Below are positions 27,819 through 37,444 of a DNA stretch of 64,000 nucleotides, piece by piece (position 1 is the stretch's first letter; the number at the start of each line of letters is the position of its first letter). The notes beneath the pieces are model-generated. The model worked only from the letters and a program-made list of their open reading frames with translations. It made no database searches and had not been told where the DNA came from. A program made the translations under genes and the position numbers. Source of the stretch: a virus. Lineage: Duplodnaviria > Heunggongvirae > Uroviricota > Caudoviricetes. The stretch lies in IMG/VR virus record IMGVR_UViG_3300028840_008157; one strand, given 5' to 3'.

Positions 27819-29178
27819 GAGGGTACGGGAGGAACGCGAGGGCGGCATGTTCGACTTCCTCATCAAGAGGCCGACGGGAAGGAGCCCTTTCCTGACGGAC
27901 GAGGAGGCGCGCGTCCTATACGACCTCTGGAAGACGTCCAAGCTGGGGGATCGCAGGTTCGTTCCGGGCCGATCAGAGATAAACTCTTTGAAGGCAAAGG
28001 GTTACCTTTCCGGGGCCATGGAGCTAGAGCTAACCCCGCGAGGGAAGAAGGTCATCGTCGAGATGGTGACCAACGAGCCGAGCGTCCTGGAGAAGTCCTC
28101 GGAGCCTCCCCCCTACAGCAAGATCAAGGCGGCCGCCAAGAAGCGGCCGCGCCAGTCCTTCCTCCAGAAGAAGGGATCCAAGGAGGAGCGAGCTTTCAAC
28201 CTCAGGAACACGCGCGAGGCCATGAAGAAGGAGGCCGGCGTCTGGGACATCATCTCGTCCCCCTTCCGCGACTGGTGGGCCAAGGCGAGGGGGCGCATGG
28301 GCGACTGGGGCTCCCAGATGGGAGCCACGACGGGACCCGAAAGGGAGCTTTGGAAGAAGGTCGAGCGAGAGAAGCAGATCGCGCAGCGTTACCTCGTCCA
28401 GATATGGAACTCGATGACGGACGCGGCGACCGGCGTGCAGGGCGCCGCGATCGCGAGGGCCGTCTCCACGTTGATGCCCGCGCTCGAGGAGTTCCGAAAC
28501 GTCATCGGGACCGTCGTCCCGATCATGCCGCCACCGCCCATCCCGGAGGCCGGAGAGGTCATCGACAAGAACCAATTCCAGCGATTCTACGACAGGCTGG
28601 ACCAGACGGTGAAACAGTGCTCCGGCCCCGTAGGATGGCAGAACGTCGTCCAATACGCGAGGAACAAGGAGCACGCCTCGATATCCCCCCTGGCGATGCC
28701 CAAGGGGGCCGAGGACCAGACGTTCGAGAACGAGTTCAAGAGGCTCGTCGCCGCCATCAACAGGCGCGTGACCGACGTCGGAGGCGGCGCGTCCGAGATC
28801 ATCCCCAAGGAGGTCGTTGACGACATACTGGACAACTACGACGGCATGAAGCTCGTCGACGCCATGACCGACCTCGTCATGAAGGCCAGGGGCATCGAAT
28901 TCGTGGACAACATGGCGAGCCGGATCACCTTCTTCATCATGGACAAGCTGAACCCGAAGTTGTCGGAATACAGGCGCCAACTAGCCGCGTGGCTCAGGTC
29001 ATCGGGAAGAGGCGGTCGAAGCGGCGCCTACGAGCTCAACAACTGGGACAAGTACATCGACCAGATCGAGAAGGACATCGCGGTCAACGTCAAGAACATC
29101 ATGCAGCAGAAGTTCACGCGATTGTTCGGCGGACAAGCCCCCGAGGCCGCTGGAACCCGACGGGAGATGGCTACGTAG
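27808..29178 (+). CDS. hypothetical protein with a winged-helix-like N-terminal part
   Basis: SLKAKGYL...ELTPRGKK; AFNLRN motif; start may be 27847. Confidence 0.75.
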   Translation: MPIKRVREEREGGMFDFLIKRPTGRSPFLTDEEARVLYDLWKTSKLGDRRFVPGRSEINSLKAKGYLSGAMELELTPRGKKVIVEMVTNEPSVLEKSSEPPPYSKIKAAAKKRPRQSFLQKKGSKEERAFNLRNTREAMKKEAGVWDIISSPFRDWWAKARGRMGDWGSQMGATTGPERELWKKVEREKQIAQRYLVQIWNSMTDAATGVQGAAIARAVSTLMPALEEFRNVIGTVVPIMPPPPIPEAGEVIDKNQFQRFYDRLDQTVKQCSGPVGWQNVVQYARNKEHASISPLAMPKGAEDQTFENEFKRLVAAINRRVTDVGGGASEIIPKEVVDDILDNYDGMKLVDAMTDLVMKARGIEFVDNMASRITFFIMDKLNPKLSEYRRQLAAWLRSSGRGGRSGAYELNNWDKYIDQIEKDIAVNVKNIMQQKFTRLFGGQAPEAAGTRREMAT

Positions 29179-29608
29179 GCCGTTTCCCCCTCTTCACTAT
29201 CTTCTTGGCCATGAAATCCACGGGAACCGAACTCGTCCTACAGGCCGCTTCCCGCGCCACTTCAGGAGAAGTCTCGGGCAGTTCCCCGTCGACGAGCGAC
29301 GCCAACTCTTGAAGCTCCTCGAGCGCCTCGTCGTCATCCAACGGCGCGATCGCCGGGGACTCGATCCAGGGCTCGTCCTTGTCCCAGTAGCTCGTGTCCG
29401 GGTCCTCTACCGGGAACTTGCCCTGGACCTTCCCGCAATCTAGGCAAACCTTGATCCCGATCCCATCGCCGTCCGATATGTTATCGACCCCCGGCGCGTA
29501 CCCGTGATAAGACTTTCCCTTATACTCGAAGAAATTACCGTCGCAAGCCTTGGAGTATCCGTCCAGGATTCGTTCACTCCCGCAACGATCACATTTATCC
29601 ATCACCAT
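29171..29608 (-). CDS. zinc-ribbon hypothetical protein
   Basis: CDRC...CLDCGKVQG.FP. Confidence 0.7.
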   Translation of the reverse strand: MVMDKCDRCGSERILDGYSKACDGNFFEYKGKSYHGYAPGVDNISDGDGIGIKVCLDCGKVQGKFPVEDPDTSYWDKDEPWIESPAIAPLDDDEALEELQELASLVDGELPETSPEVAREAACRTSSVPVDFMAKKIVKRGKRPT

Positions 29609-29613
29609 TTCTC

Positions 29614-29880
29614 CTACATGAACGCCGGTCCGTGCGACATGTTATGGTCCCGTTCCTTGGCACAGGACATCTTGCTTTGGTCGTCGCGCGCGCGCCGAAT
29701 ATCACGAATCTGGATATTGATCCAGTCCCTTACGGTCAGGATGTCGAGCATCCCATGGAGGAGGGCGACGTCAAGAACGCTGTCACGAACGTAAAGGGAC
29801 GACCTGAATGCGATCACGTCCTTCCTCGTCTCGAGGGGAACCTTGCGACCCAATTCCAGCAAGAGATGAGCCCGCTTCAT
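29614..29880 (-). CDS. hypothetical protein
   Basis: 88 aa, ATGA-coupled. Confidence 0.5.
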   Translation of the reverse strand: MKRAHLLLELGRKVPLETRKDVIAFRSSLYVRDSVLDVALLHGMLDILTVRDWINIQIRDIRRARDDQSKMSCAKERDHNMSHGPAFM

Positions 29881-30068
29881 GCCTCCTCCTCGTAGTTCAT
29901 GCCCAGGCGATCAAGCTCGTCGATGAGGTCCTCTCCCTCGTCATCCTCGATCTCGACGACTATCCCCCCGGACATCCTTATGACATTCTCCACCGATCCG
30001 CGCGTCTTGGCCCACCTCTGGAGGAAGTCGATCGCCTTGACGCGTCCGTTGAATATCGTGATCTCCAT
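29877..30068 (-). CDS. hypothetical protein
   Basis: 63 aa, operon packing. Confidence 0.6.
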   Translation of the reverse strand: MEITIFNGRVKAIDFLQRWAKTRGSVENVIRMSGGIVVEIEDDEGEDLIDELDRLGMNYEEEA

Positions 30069-30071
30069 TCG

Positions 30072-30380
30072 TCAGTCCTTTATCCTGGAGAGCCTCTCCA
30101 GCTCGGCGATGACGAGCGCCCCGGCGATGACGAGCTGCTTCTGCCTGTCGTGCTTGTCCCGCTTGTCCCAACCCTTGTCCCACGGCCACGCGTCGTGAAA
30201 CCCGTAGAAGTCGTTCCTGACCTTGACCGTGTAGACTTGCTCCGGGGCCGCGTAGCACGCGGCGGCCATGGCCAGCTCGCCCTTGTCGTGCAGGTCGTCG
30301 TGCTCCGGCGACCAGCCCTCGTACGATACCTGACGCTGGCGCTCCTTCTTGATCAGCTCGATGGCTTCGTCGACGTTCAT
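30072..30380 (-). CDS. conserved phage hypothetical protein
   Basis: ERQRQ..EGW..EHDD.H..GELA.AA.CYA...WPW...LV.AGAL..AE.ER. Confidence 0.85.
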   Translation of the reverse strand: MNVDEAIELIKKERQRQVSYEGWSPEHDDLHDKGELAMAAACYAAPEQVYTVKVRNDFYGFHDAWPWDKGWDKRDKHDRQKQLVIAGALVIAELERLSRIKD

Positions 30381-30440
30381 CGGTTACCTCCTGCCGCGAT
30401 GATACAAGGAGAGAGAGGGGGCCGTTCAGAAAACCATAAC

Positions 30441-30818
30441 ATGGGAGGTTCGACGACCTTGCCAAGGAAGATTCGTCTGATCAGCGTGGCGGAGACCCCC
30501 GAGGAACACGGGAAGGGGCTCATGTTCGTCCGCGACATGGAACCCGACACGGGCATGCTTTTCAAGTTCAAGCACCCGCGCGTCCTTAGTTTCTGGATGA
30601 AGAATACCTACGTCCCGCTGGACATCGCATTCGCGGACTCCGGCGGCAGGATCGTGAAGACCGAGACGATGATCCCGATGTCCCTACGGTCCGTCTCCAG
30701 CGGGAGGCCGTGCGTCATGGCCCTGGAGGTTCCCGCCGGGACGCTGCGAGGGGTCGAGGGATCGACCCTCTCCGTCGAAGGCGAATGGGCGATCATTGGA
30801 GATGATGACGATAGTTAG
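30441..30818 (+). CDS. DUF192 family protein
   Basis: VAETPEE..KGLMF, GMLF, FWMKNT.VPLDIAF, ALEV.AG. Confidence 0.88.
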   Translation: MGGSTTLPRKIRLISVAETPEEHGKGLMFVRDMEPDTGMLFKFKHPRVLSFWMKNTYVPLDIAFADSGGRIVKTETMIPMSLRSVSSGRPCVMALEVPAGTLRGVEGSTLSVEGEWAIIGDDDDS

Positions 30819-31305
30819 CAATACCCTCAGGACGGCGCAGCCCGCCGATCCGTTCTCCCGATTCGAGGAGGTCCCCGAGGGGGCCGAGCCGTGGTCGGAG
30901 AACCCGGGCGAGCCGACGCCGCCGGAATCGGCCCCCCCGCCGGAGGAGCCCGCGTTCAAGGTCGAGCCGGGTCCCGACGTCGAGCCGATGGACCCGGCGA
31001 TGATCGCCGAGGAGATACCGGAGCCGACGACGGACATCGACGAGATGAACGCCGACCCGACCGTCAGCAACGGCCAGAAGATATACGCGGCGATAACGCG
31101 GGGGATCGGCCTGAAGATAACGTACACGACGCTGCCAAGGGAAGACAACCCCGGCGGCAGTACAACCATTAGGGTGGTCGATCCATCCTTCGTTTACTGG
31201 GCCGGAACCAACCGGGACATCCTCGTCGCGTGGTGCCGCCTCAGGGACGACTGGCGCCAGTTCGCGGTCGAACAGATCGCGCCGGGCGCCGAGCTGACGA
31301 CGTAG
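30802..31305 (+). CDS. WYL-domain protein with acidic/Pro-rich N-terminus
   Basis: ITY...T.R.VDP...LVAWC.LR.D.RQF.VEQI; N-terminal LRTAQ. Confidence 0.7.
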   Translation: MMTIVSNTLRTAQPADPFSRFEEVPEGAEPWSENPGEPTPPESAPPPEEPAFKVEPGPDVEPMDPAMIAEEIPEPTTDIDEMNADPTVSNGQKIYAAITRGIGLKITYTTLPREDNPGGSTTIRVVDPSFVYWAGTNRDILVAWCRLRDDWRQFAVEQIAPGAELTT

Positions 31306-31315
31306 GGAGGCAGAG

Positions 31316-32479
31316 ATGGCTGAGAAAGAAAACCAGTGGGACCGCGTGATCCAGGCGATGCTCGACGTGGCCGACGTGGCCGACGAGCTCGGGTACTACG
31401 ACCAGGCGGACGTGATCGCCGGGTTGCTGCCCAAGGCCACGCTCGTCAGGACGGCCCAGTACGAGGGTCCCCAGAACTACTTCATCCTCAACCAGCGCGC
31501 CTTCGAGCGCGCGTGGCGGATCAAGCGCGAGAAGAAGGGGCTCTCGCAGCAGGTCCCGATGTCGCCCGAGGAGACGCCCGAGTTCTTCAACTCGGCGCAG
31601 GAGTGCTGGCTTGACGTCCTCGAGGAGTACCAGGACGCGTTGTTCGGCAAGGACGCCGAGATGCTCTCCAAGTACGCGGCCAAGGAGTGGAAGGCTCCCA
31701 CGACAAAACGCAAGTTGTCCACTAAAGCCGTCACCAGGAACAAGCACGGGGAGACCAACGAGTACGACGTGGAGATTCTGGAGGACGAGAGCGGCAAGGA
31801 GATACTCGCCATAACCGGTACGCCGGGGCAATGGTACGTCGACACGTTGAAGGGCGAGGACAAGTGGAGCAGCCACCAGGGCGCGATCCCCAGCTCCGTC
31901 GCCATCGACTTCGGGCAGAACTGGGTATGGACCAACGTCAAGGAAGTCCTCGAGGAGGTCGACTCGGAATCCAAGCCTGAACCCGGCGTCGAGACCGGGT
32001 CGCAGGGAGGCGGCGGAAGCGGCGCCATCATGTCAGGAAACATGACCGAGTTCCACAAGAAGATGGAGGCGGAGGCCAAGGCGCAGGGCGTTTCATACGG
32101 GGAGTACATCGCCAAGAAGTTCGGCCCGAAGGGCGTCGAGGCCGGTCGCGCCATCCTGGCCAAGACTTCAGAGAGGATTTCGGAGGGTTCTCCCCCGGGC
32201 GTGGCGTTCTACGAGGCCATGGATCATTTCTTGTCTGGTTCCATGGCCCGCGAGATCATCGCCACGGCCCTCGCGAGCGCCAAGAAGGTGGCCTTCTCGA
32301 TCGAGGAAGGCGAGGAGATCGACAGGGACGTAAAGATCGACGAGCTAGAGAAGATGTTCCAGGCTTTCGGGAGAGCCTTGTCGGTCCTGGAGGAGGAACT
32401 GGAAAATCTCAAGGTATGGAAGTCGGCGTTGCCCCGCGACGTCGACATCCCTAAACACATGAAACAACTGGAGGAATAA
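31316..32479 (+). CDS. hypothetical virion-associated protein
   Basis: ADVADELGYYDQADVI and VRTAQ motifs. Confidence 0.8.
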   Translation: MAEKENQWDRVIQAMLDVADVADELGYYDQADVIAGLLPKATLVRTAQYEGPQNYFILNQRAFERAWRIKREKKGLSQQVPMSPEETPEFFNSAQECWLDVLEEYQDALFGKDAEMLSKYAAKEWKAPTTKRKLSTKAVTRNKHGETNEYDVEILEDESGKEILAITGTPGQWYVDTLKGEDKWSSHQGAIPSSVAIDFGQNWVWTNVKEVLEEVDSESKPEPGVETGSQGGGGSGAIMSGNMTEFHKKMEAEAKAQGVSYGEYIAKKFGPKGVEAGRAILAKTSERISEGSPPGVAFYEAMDHFLSGSMAREIIATALASAKKVAFSIEEGEEIDRDVKIDELEKMFQAFGRALSVLEEELENLKVWKSALPRDVDIPKHMKQLEE

Positions 32480-32482
32480 GTC

Positions 32483-33217
32483 ATGAGAATCGCCTCGTGC
32501 AACAACAACTCGTTGGACAGGCTGATCCGCCGCGAGGCGGCCCTTGGCGACCTGGAGAAGGTCGTCGAGGCCGCTTCCTCCAACAACGATCCAGAGGACG
32601 TCTTGCCCGCTCTTCGCATGATCGTCTCCGCGAATCATGACGTCCTCGAGGAGATGGACCTCAAGGGAACCCTGTCCAGGCTCGCGGCCAAGGGGGTCAA
32701 GGTCGCGTGGGCCGAGGGATTCATGGGGGGCCTTGGCGGCGCGCTCGAGGGAATACAAAAGGGATGGCAATCTGGCGCGCAAGGGGCGAAGGTTCAGAAG
32801 GCCAAGCAGCAGGCCATCCAAGCCCTACAAAACCTCATGCAGGTCGATCCCGAGGCGCACAAGATCGTCGGCAACGTGATCACCCAATTGTCTCCCGCCG
32901 GCGCGGCCGACGCACAACAAGGACAGCAGCAACAGCAACAAAACCTGCAACAAATACCGCCTCAACAGGCGGCCCAGGAACTCGCCCAACAATCACAAGG
33001 TCCCCAGGGGATGCAGCCGCAGCGCATGCAACCGCAGAGAGCGGGCCAAGCCCAGGCGTCGCCGATGGCCGCGTTAAACAATCTCATGCGCCAGAACGCG
33101 GGCAACGAGTCCTTCAATAACGATTTGCAAGCCCTGATCCAGAAGTATAGCCCCCAACAAGCCCTTCCTGGGGCTGGCCCGGGAACTCCTGGCGTACGGG
33201 TGCCGGCCGGAAAGTAG
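32483..33217 (+). CDS. hypothetical Gln-rich protein
   Basis: Poly-Q and QP tract at about 32914-33050. Confidence 0.8.
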   Translation: MRIASCNNNSLDRLIRREAALGDLEKVVEAASSNNDPEDVLPALRMIVSANHDVLEEMDLKGTLSRLAAKGVKVAWAEGFMGGLGGALEGIQKGWQSGAQGAKVQKAKQQAIQALQNLMQVDPEAHKIVGNVITQLSPAGAADAQQGQQQQQQNLQQIPPQQAAQELAQQSQGPQGMQPQRMQPQRAGQAQASPMAALNNLMRQNAGNESFNNDLQALIQKYSPQQALPGAGPGTPGVRVPAGK

Positions 33218-33221
33218 TCCA

Positions 33222-34703
33222 ATGCTGATCGTCGCGCCGAACAAACCGAAGCAGGTCGTCGCGTGGCGGTGGCCATTCTCCCGCGAGAGCGAGTTCGAGG
33301 CCGCGGCCAAGCGACTGTCGAAGGAGAAGCTGGGCAAGCTCAGGTTCCTGGTCGACCAGTTCTCCAACGCCATCCTCCTGGGAGAGTTCACGCGGGCCAT
33401 CCCCGACGCGAAGACGCTGGATCGGGCCGTCGAGAGGTTCGAGGTCCTCGCCAACCCGATCGTCTCCGCCGCCATGTCGATGGAGGACGAGCTCGCGAAC
33501 CGCGGGATCAACGTCTCCTACAGGACCAAGGACCCGATGACCGGTAACGAGGCGCGCATCGACGAGCTATACATGTCGCTATTCAACCTCGTCAAGATGG
33601 CCAAGGCGTGGTGGGGGGACGAGGAGAAACGTCGCGGCATCCTGTCCGCGATGGTCGCGAGGATGACGTCCATACAAGATACCCTCGAGCGCGTGTCGGA
33701 GCCATATGCCAGTCCCCGCGCCATCAAGGAGATCGACAAGATACCCTACCGCGAGGACTCGGACTGGGGGGAGAAGATGCGGGATAAGGTCGAGACCGCC
33801 CCGCCGGAGGCCAAGCCCGAGACCCCCGCCCCCGCTCCGGAACCGGAAGCCCCATCACCCGCCGGTGACGTCCCGTATTTCGCCGGGACCGGAGACGAGG
33901 AGAAGAAGGGCCATCAGGCCAAGTCAAGAACCCAGTTAAGGGACGACGTCCTGGACGCCCTCAGGGCCAACCGAGACAAGCTTCCCGACGACCTGAAGGC
34001 GGGATTCCCAGGGTTAGTCCGTTTCTTCATGATGATGTCCAAGGTCAAGACGGCCGGCTTCCTGGAGAACGTCTACAACCAGCGCAAGGGCGACGTCTCC
34101 AGGCTGCTCCAGCGCTTTTACGGGGACGATTACGCTCGCGTCAAGGACTTCGAGCAAGCCGTCCTCTCCTGGCTCGAGCACGTTTGGAACGTGGAGGATT
34201 TCCCCGAGGTCGACCCCCAATCGCACGGCATCGAACCGTTCGATCACCTGATGGACGTCGCGAGGGAGATGACCGACAGGGGGGATTCGCACGAGGCCGT
34301 CGTCGACGAGATTTCAAGGCTGATGATGAAGATCACGGGAGGACGCGAGTTCAAGCTCAACGACCTGGTCAACAAGCGCCCCCACTTCTTCTCTTCCAAC
34401 CCGGAGTTCGCCGAGGCGGTCGAGAAGACGCGGAAGGAGATCAGGGGGACTCTATCGGCCCCCGCCGCCCCGGCCATACCGTCCCAGATCCCGAAGGCCA
34501 CCCCGAAAGCGCCAATCGTTCTGGAGCCCCCGGAAGAGGAGGTCGGCGTCCCGGAGGAATACACCGGCCCGATGCCCCCGGAACCCGCGCCTCCCCCGAG
34601 GAAGCCATCCGTGGAGGTACTGAAGCCGGGCGAAACCCCGAAGGCCGACACGCCTAGGTTCTTCAAGCCCCCAAGGAAACCGACGAGGAAGCAACGAACA
34701 TAA
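33222..34703 (+). CDS. hypothetical protein
   Basis: 493 aa; VKTA and GVPEEYTGP motifs. Confidence 0.8.
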   Translation: MLIVAPNKPKQVVAWRWPFSRESEFEAAAKRLSKEKLGKLRFLVDQFSNAILLGEFTRAIPDAKTLDRAVERFEVLANPIVSAAMSMEDELANRGINVSYRTKDPMTGNEARIDELYMSLFNLVKMAKAWWGDEEKRRGILSAMVARMTSIQDTLERVSEPYASPRAIKEIDKIPYREDSDWGEKMRDKVETAPPEAKPETPAPAPEPEAPSPAGDVPYFAGTGDEEKKGHQAKSRTQLRDDVLDALRANRDKLPDDLKAGFPGLVRFFMMMSKVKTAGFLENVYNQRKGDVSRLLQRFYGDDYARVKDFEQAVLSWLEHVWNVEDFPEVDPQSHGIEPFDHLMDVAREMTDRGDSHEAVVDEISRLMMKITGGREFKLNDLVNKRPHFFSSNPEFAEAVEKTRKEIRGTLSAPAAPAIPSQIPKATPKAPIVLEPPEEEVGVPEEYTGPMPPEPAPPPRKPSVEVLKPGETPKADTPRFFKPPRKPTRKQRT

Positions 34704-34834
34704 CCAAGGAGCCGTTCCGTAACGGGACGTGGACTGAAACGATTAGGAAGGAATAAGAAAGCCAGGATTCGTAGCAAGATCATGAGGACGTTAGTGGCCT
34801 CGTGGACAGCTACCCTCTATGGGAGGAAGTAAGG

Positions 34835-35884
34835 ATGAAATTCTTCAACTCGCGGATCGTGACCAAGACGGTCCAGCTCGCCGATGCCTTGAAGGCCGAG
34901 AAGAAGCCTGACAGGAAGCTCGATGAGGTCCTGGCCGACATCAAGTCCAAGGGCCAGGTCAAGACGGCTGGCTCCGAGGCGCAGGTCAAGACGGCCGAGA
35001 AGGCCGAGGACAATATCGTCAAGCTGGCGCGCGCGATGGTCGAGAACCCGACCAAGGAGAACATCGTCGCGTTCAGGAGCGAGTTGCCTCCGACTGGCCA
35101 GGCCGTCGCCCCGACCGACGTTTCCCCTGCCCAGGGTGCGCCAGGCGAAGTCGCCGTCGAAGAGGGGAAGGCGATTTCCGAGCTTCGCATCCTCTCGGCC
35201 AAGTCGGTCAACCCGGAAGTCAAGGCGATCCTTGACGATGCGATCTCTCGCTTGACCGACGTGCAGGTCAAGCCCGAGCAGGCCGGACGAGCCGTCGGCG
35301 AATGGTCCTCGGAGGGCGCGCCCGCCCAGGTCGGCGTCGGCGAAGCCCCCGCTCGAGCCTCTTCCGAAAAGGAAGTAAAGGAAGCCAAGGTCGAGGAACC
35401 CAAGGCCGAGAAGCAGGCCAAGAAGGAGCTGCCCCCAGAGTTCCTCGAGAACATCAAGGGCAAGAAGAAGGACGAAGGAAAGAAGGAGAAGGAGGAGGCC
35501 AAGTGCGCCGATAACGAGGCGAAGTGCGCCGAGTCAGCGCCGAAGACGCTGAAGATGGCCAAGTCCCTCGACTTCCGCCAGTGGGCCGCCGAGGACGTCG
35601 TGACGGCGTGGGGCCAGCACGGGTCGTTCGACAAGTGCGTGGCCAACGTCGATGGCCTCGTCAACGAGCCTAAGACGTACTGCAAGCTGCTCCAGGTCGC
35701 GAGCGGCAAGGCCGACGCCATCGTCAAGACGGCCGCCGCCAAGAAGACTGAGAAGAAGGCCGCCCCGAAGGGCGTCTTCAAGAAGCTCGCGAAGCTCAGC
35801 GACGACGAGCTCGCCTTCCTCAAGGAGTACTGGAGGAACCTCTACGGCGACGAGTACGTCGCCAGCATGACGAAGGACTACTAA
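34835..35884 (+). CDS. hypothetical charged virion/core-like protein
   Basis: GGAGG RBS; several VKTA motifs. Confidence 0.8.
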   Translation: MKFFNSRIVTKTVQLADALKAEKKPDRKLDEVLADIKSKGQVKTAGSEAQVKTAEKAEDNIVKLARAMVENPTKENIVAFRSELPPTGQAVAPTDVSPAQGAPGEVAVEEGKAISELRILSAKSVNPEVKAILDDAISRLTDVQVKPEQAGRAVGEWSSEGAPAQVGVGEAPARASSEKEVKEAKVEEPKAEKQAKKELPPEFLENIKGKKKDEGKKEKEEAKCADNEAKCAESAPKTLKMAKSLDFRQWAAEDVVTAWGQHGSFDKCVANVDGLVNEPKTYCKLLQVASGKADAIVKTAAAKKTEKKAAPKGVFKKLAKLSDDELAFLKEYWRNLYGDEYVASMTKDY

Positions 35885-36019
35885 CCTGGGGGCAGGAAAA
35901 TTCCGTCTCCATGGTAGATGAGCCGGGAGGCGCCACGGAGCCGGAGCGGGTTCCGTGGCGCCTTTCTTTAGGGGAACGAAGCGTCGCCCTAGCGCGAGGA
36001 TTGAAACAGGAGAACGAAG

Positions 36020-36421
36020 ATGTTCAACGCCAGGAAGCAACGCAAGATCGCGGCCGAGGACGCCCCAGTGGCGGCCAAGCCAGCGGTCAATCCAAACGCC
36101 GGCTTCATCGACCTGAAGAAGGTGCTCCAGCAGCTCCATGAGATCGCCCGAGACCCTACGGGCAAGGACGTCGAGGTCGATTCCAGCAGCAAGCAGGGCG
36201 TCCATACCTTCACCATCAAGGTCAAGCCGACCGAGATGATGCAGCGCGCCGAGGAGAACGGCGCGGTGGCCACCGAGGCCGTCGAGGCCCCCGTGTCCCC
36301 TCCGCCGGCGGAGGCGATGCCCGTCGCGTCGTCGAAGGGTAAGTTCATGAGGACGGCCGACGCCAAGGCGTCGAGCCTCTCTCGGTACCCCGAATCGTTC
36401 CTGAAGTCGATCGGTTTCTGA
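36020..36421 (+). CDS. hypothetical protein
   Basis: MFNARKQRKIAA N-terminus, AGGAG RBS. Confidence 0.75.
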   Translation: MFNARKQRKIAAEDAPVAAKPAVNPNAGFIDLKKVLQQLHEIARDPTGKDVEVDSSSKQGVHTFTIKVKPTEMMQRAEENGAVATEAVEAPVSPPPAEAMPVASSKGKFMRTADAKASSLSRYPESFLKSIGF

Positions 36422-36439
36422 ACAAAGGAGAGATGAAAC

Positions 36440-37444
36440 ATGAGGATTCAGTCGCGGAAGGAGGCGTTGTCGTGGGTCGACGCGCTCTCCGGCAAGAAGC
36501 CCATCGAGACGGTCCAGGACCAGATCGAGACGGCCGACGAGGCCGACCCGTCCAAGGCGCTCGAGATGACGTCGAGCATCCTGTTCGGCACGCCCATCCA
36601 GCAGGAGTCGTCCGAGCAGACCATCCGCAGGCACTCAGAGGAGGTTCGTCGACGCGAGGTCGCCAAGATCAACGAGGACCTGACCAACGACGTCAAGCTC
36701 AAGCTGTCTGACGCCGGCGTCGACCCCGTCGCCCTTGGCGTCGTCAAGTCCGAGGAGTGGGAGTCCATCTCCGACCCCGACAAGGCCGGAGAGATCGCCA
36801 AGATCGCGGCCCTCAAGCAGGAGAAGAAACTCTCCGAGGAGTGGCAGGCCGAGGGCATGAAGCCCGCGACCCCTGCCAAAATGTCCTTTGACGAGACCAC
36901 CAAGGGCGGACGCGTCATGTCGTCGGCGGCAGCCAACGAGGAGACGAGGGGAAGGCCGTCAAGCATCGGTGGTGACCCGTTCAAGCTCGACCAGATCGCC
37001 TCCGAGGCCAACGAACACGATGACGCCGTCAAGCGAAGCCGGGCTCGCCTGGACGCCGCCAAAGAGGCCAAGCGCAAGTCGATCGAGGAGAACCAGCCCC
37101 CGGAGGAGGCCGCGCTCAGGGAGGGTTCCATCCGAAGGTCCGGCGGCCACGACTCCGAGATGGGTCGTTACAAGGCGCCCGCCAACCAAGTCTCCATCCT
37201 CGACACGTACGGGGAGGGCAAGCTGCCTCCCGAGGAGCTCAAGAAAAGGATGGAGGACCTCTTCGCCTCGAAGGTCCCCGACGCCAAGTCACGGACCAAG
37301 AAGGCGCAGGAGGAGAGGCGAGAGGAGATCAAGCGGCCCAAGGAAGACGACAAGTCATGGGAGAAGGTTTCCAAGCCGACCTCAACCGCCGACCTACAGG
37401 AGAGGCTCGTGTCCTTGTGGCTACCCGAGGAACCTGGAAAATAA
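36440..37444 (+). CDS. hypothetical charged protein
   Basis: 334 aa, AAGGAG RBS. Confidence 0.8.
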   Translation: MRIQSRKEALSWVDALSGKKPIETVQDQIETADEADPSKALEMTSSILFGTPIQQESSEQTIRRHSEEVRRREVAKINEDLTNDVKLKLSDAGVDPVALGVVKSEEWESISDPDKAGEIAKIAALKQEKKLSEEWQAEGMKPATPAKMSFDETTKGGRVMSSAAANEETRGRPSSIGGDPFKLDQIASEANEHDDAVKRSRARLDAAKEAKRKSIEENQPPEEAALREGSIRRSGGHDSEMGRYKAPANQVSILDTYGEGKLPPEELKKRMEDLFASKVPDAKSRTKKAQEERREEIKRPKEDDKSWEKVSKPTSTADLQERLVSLWLPEEPGK

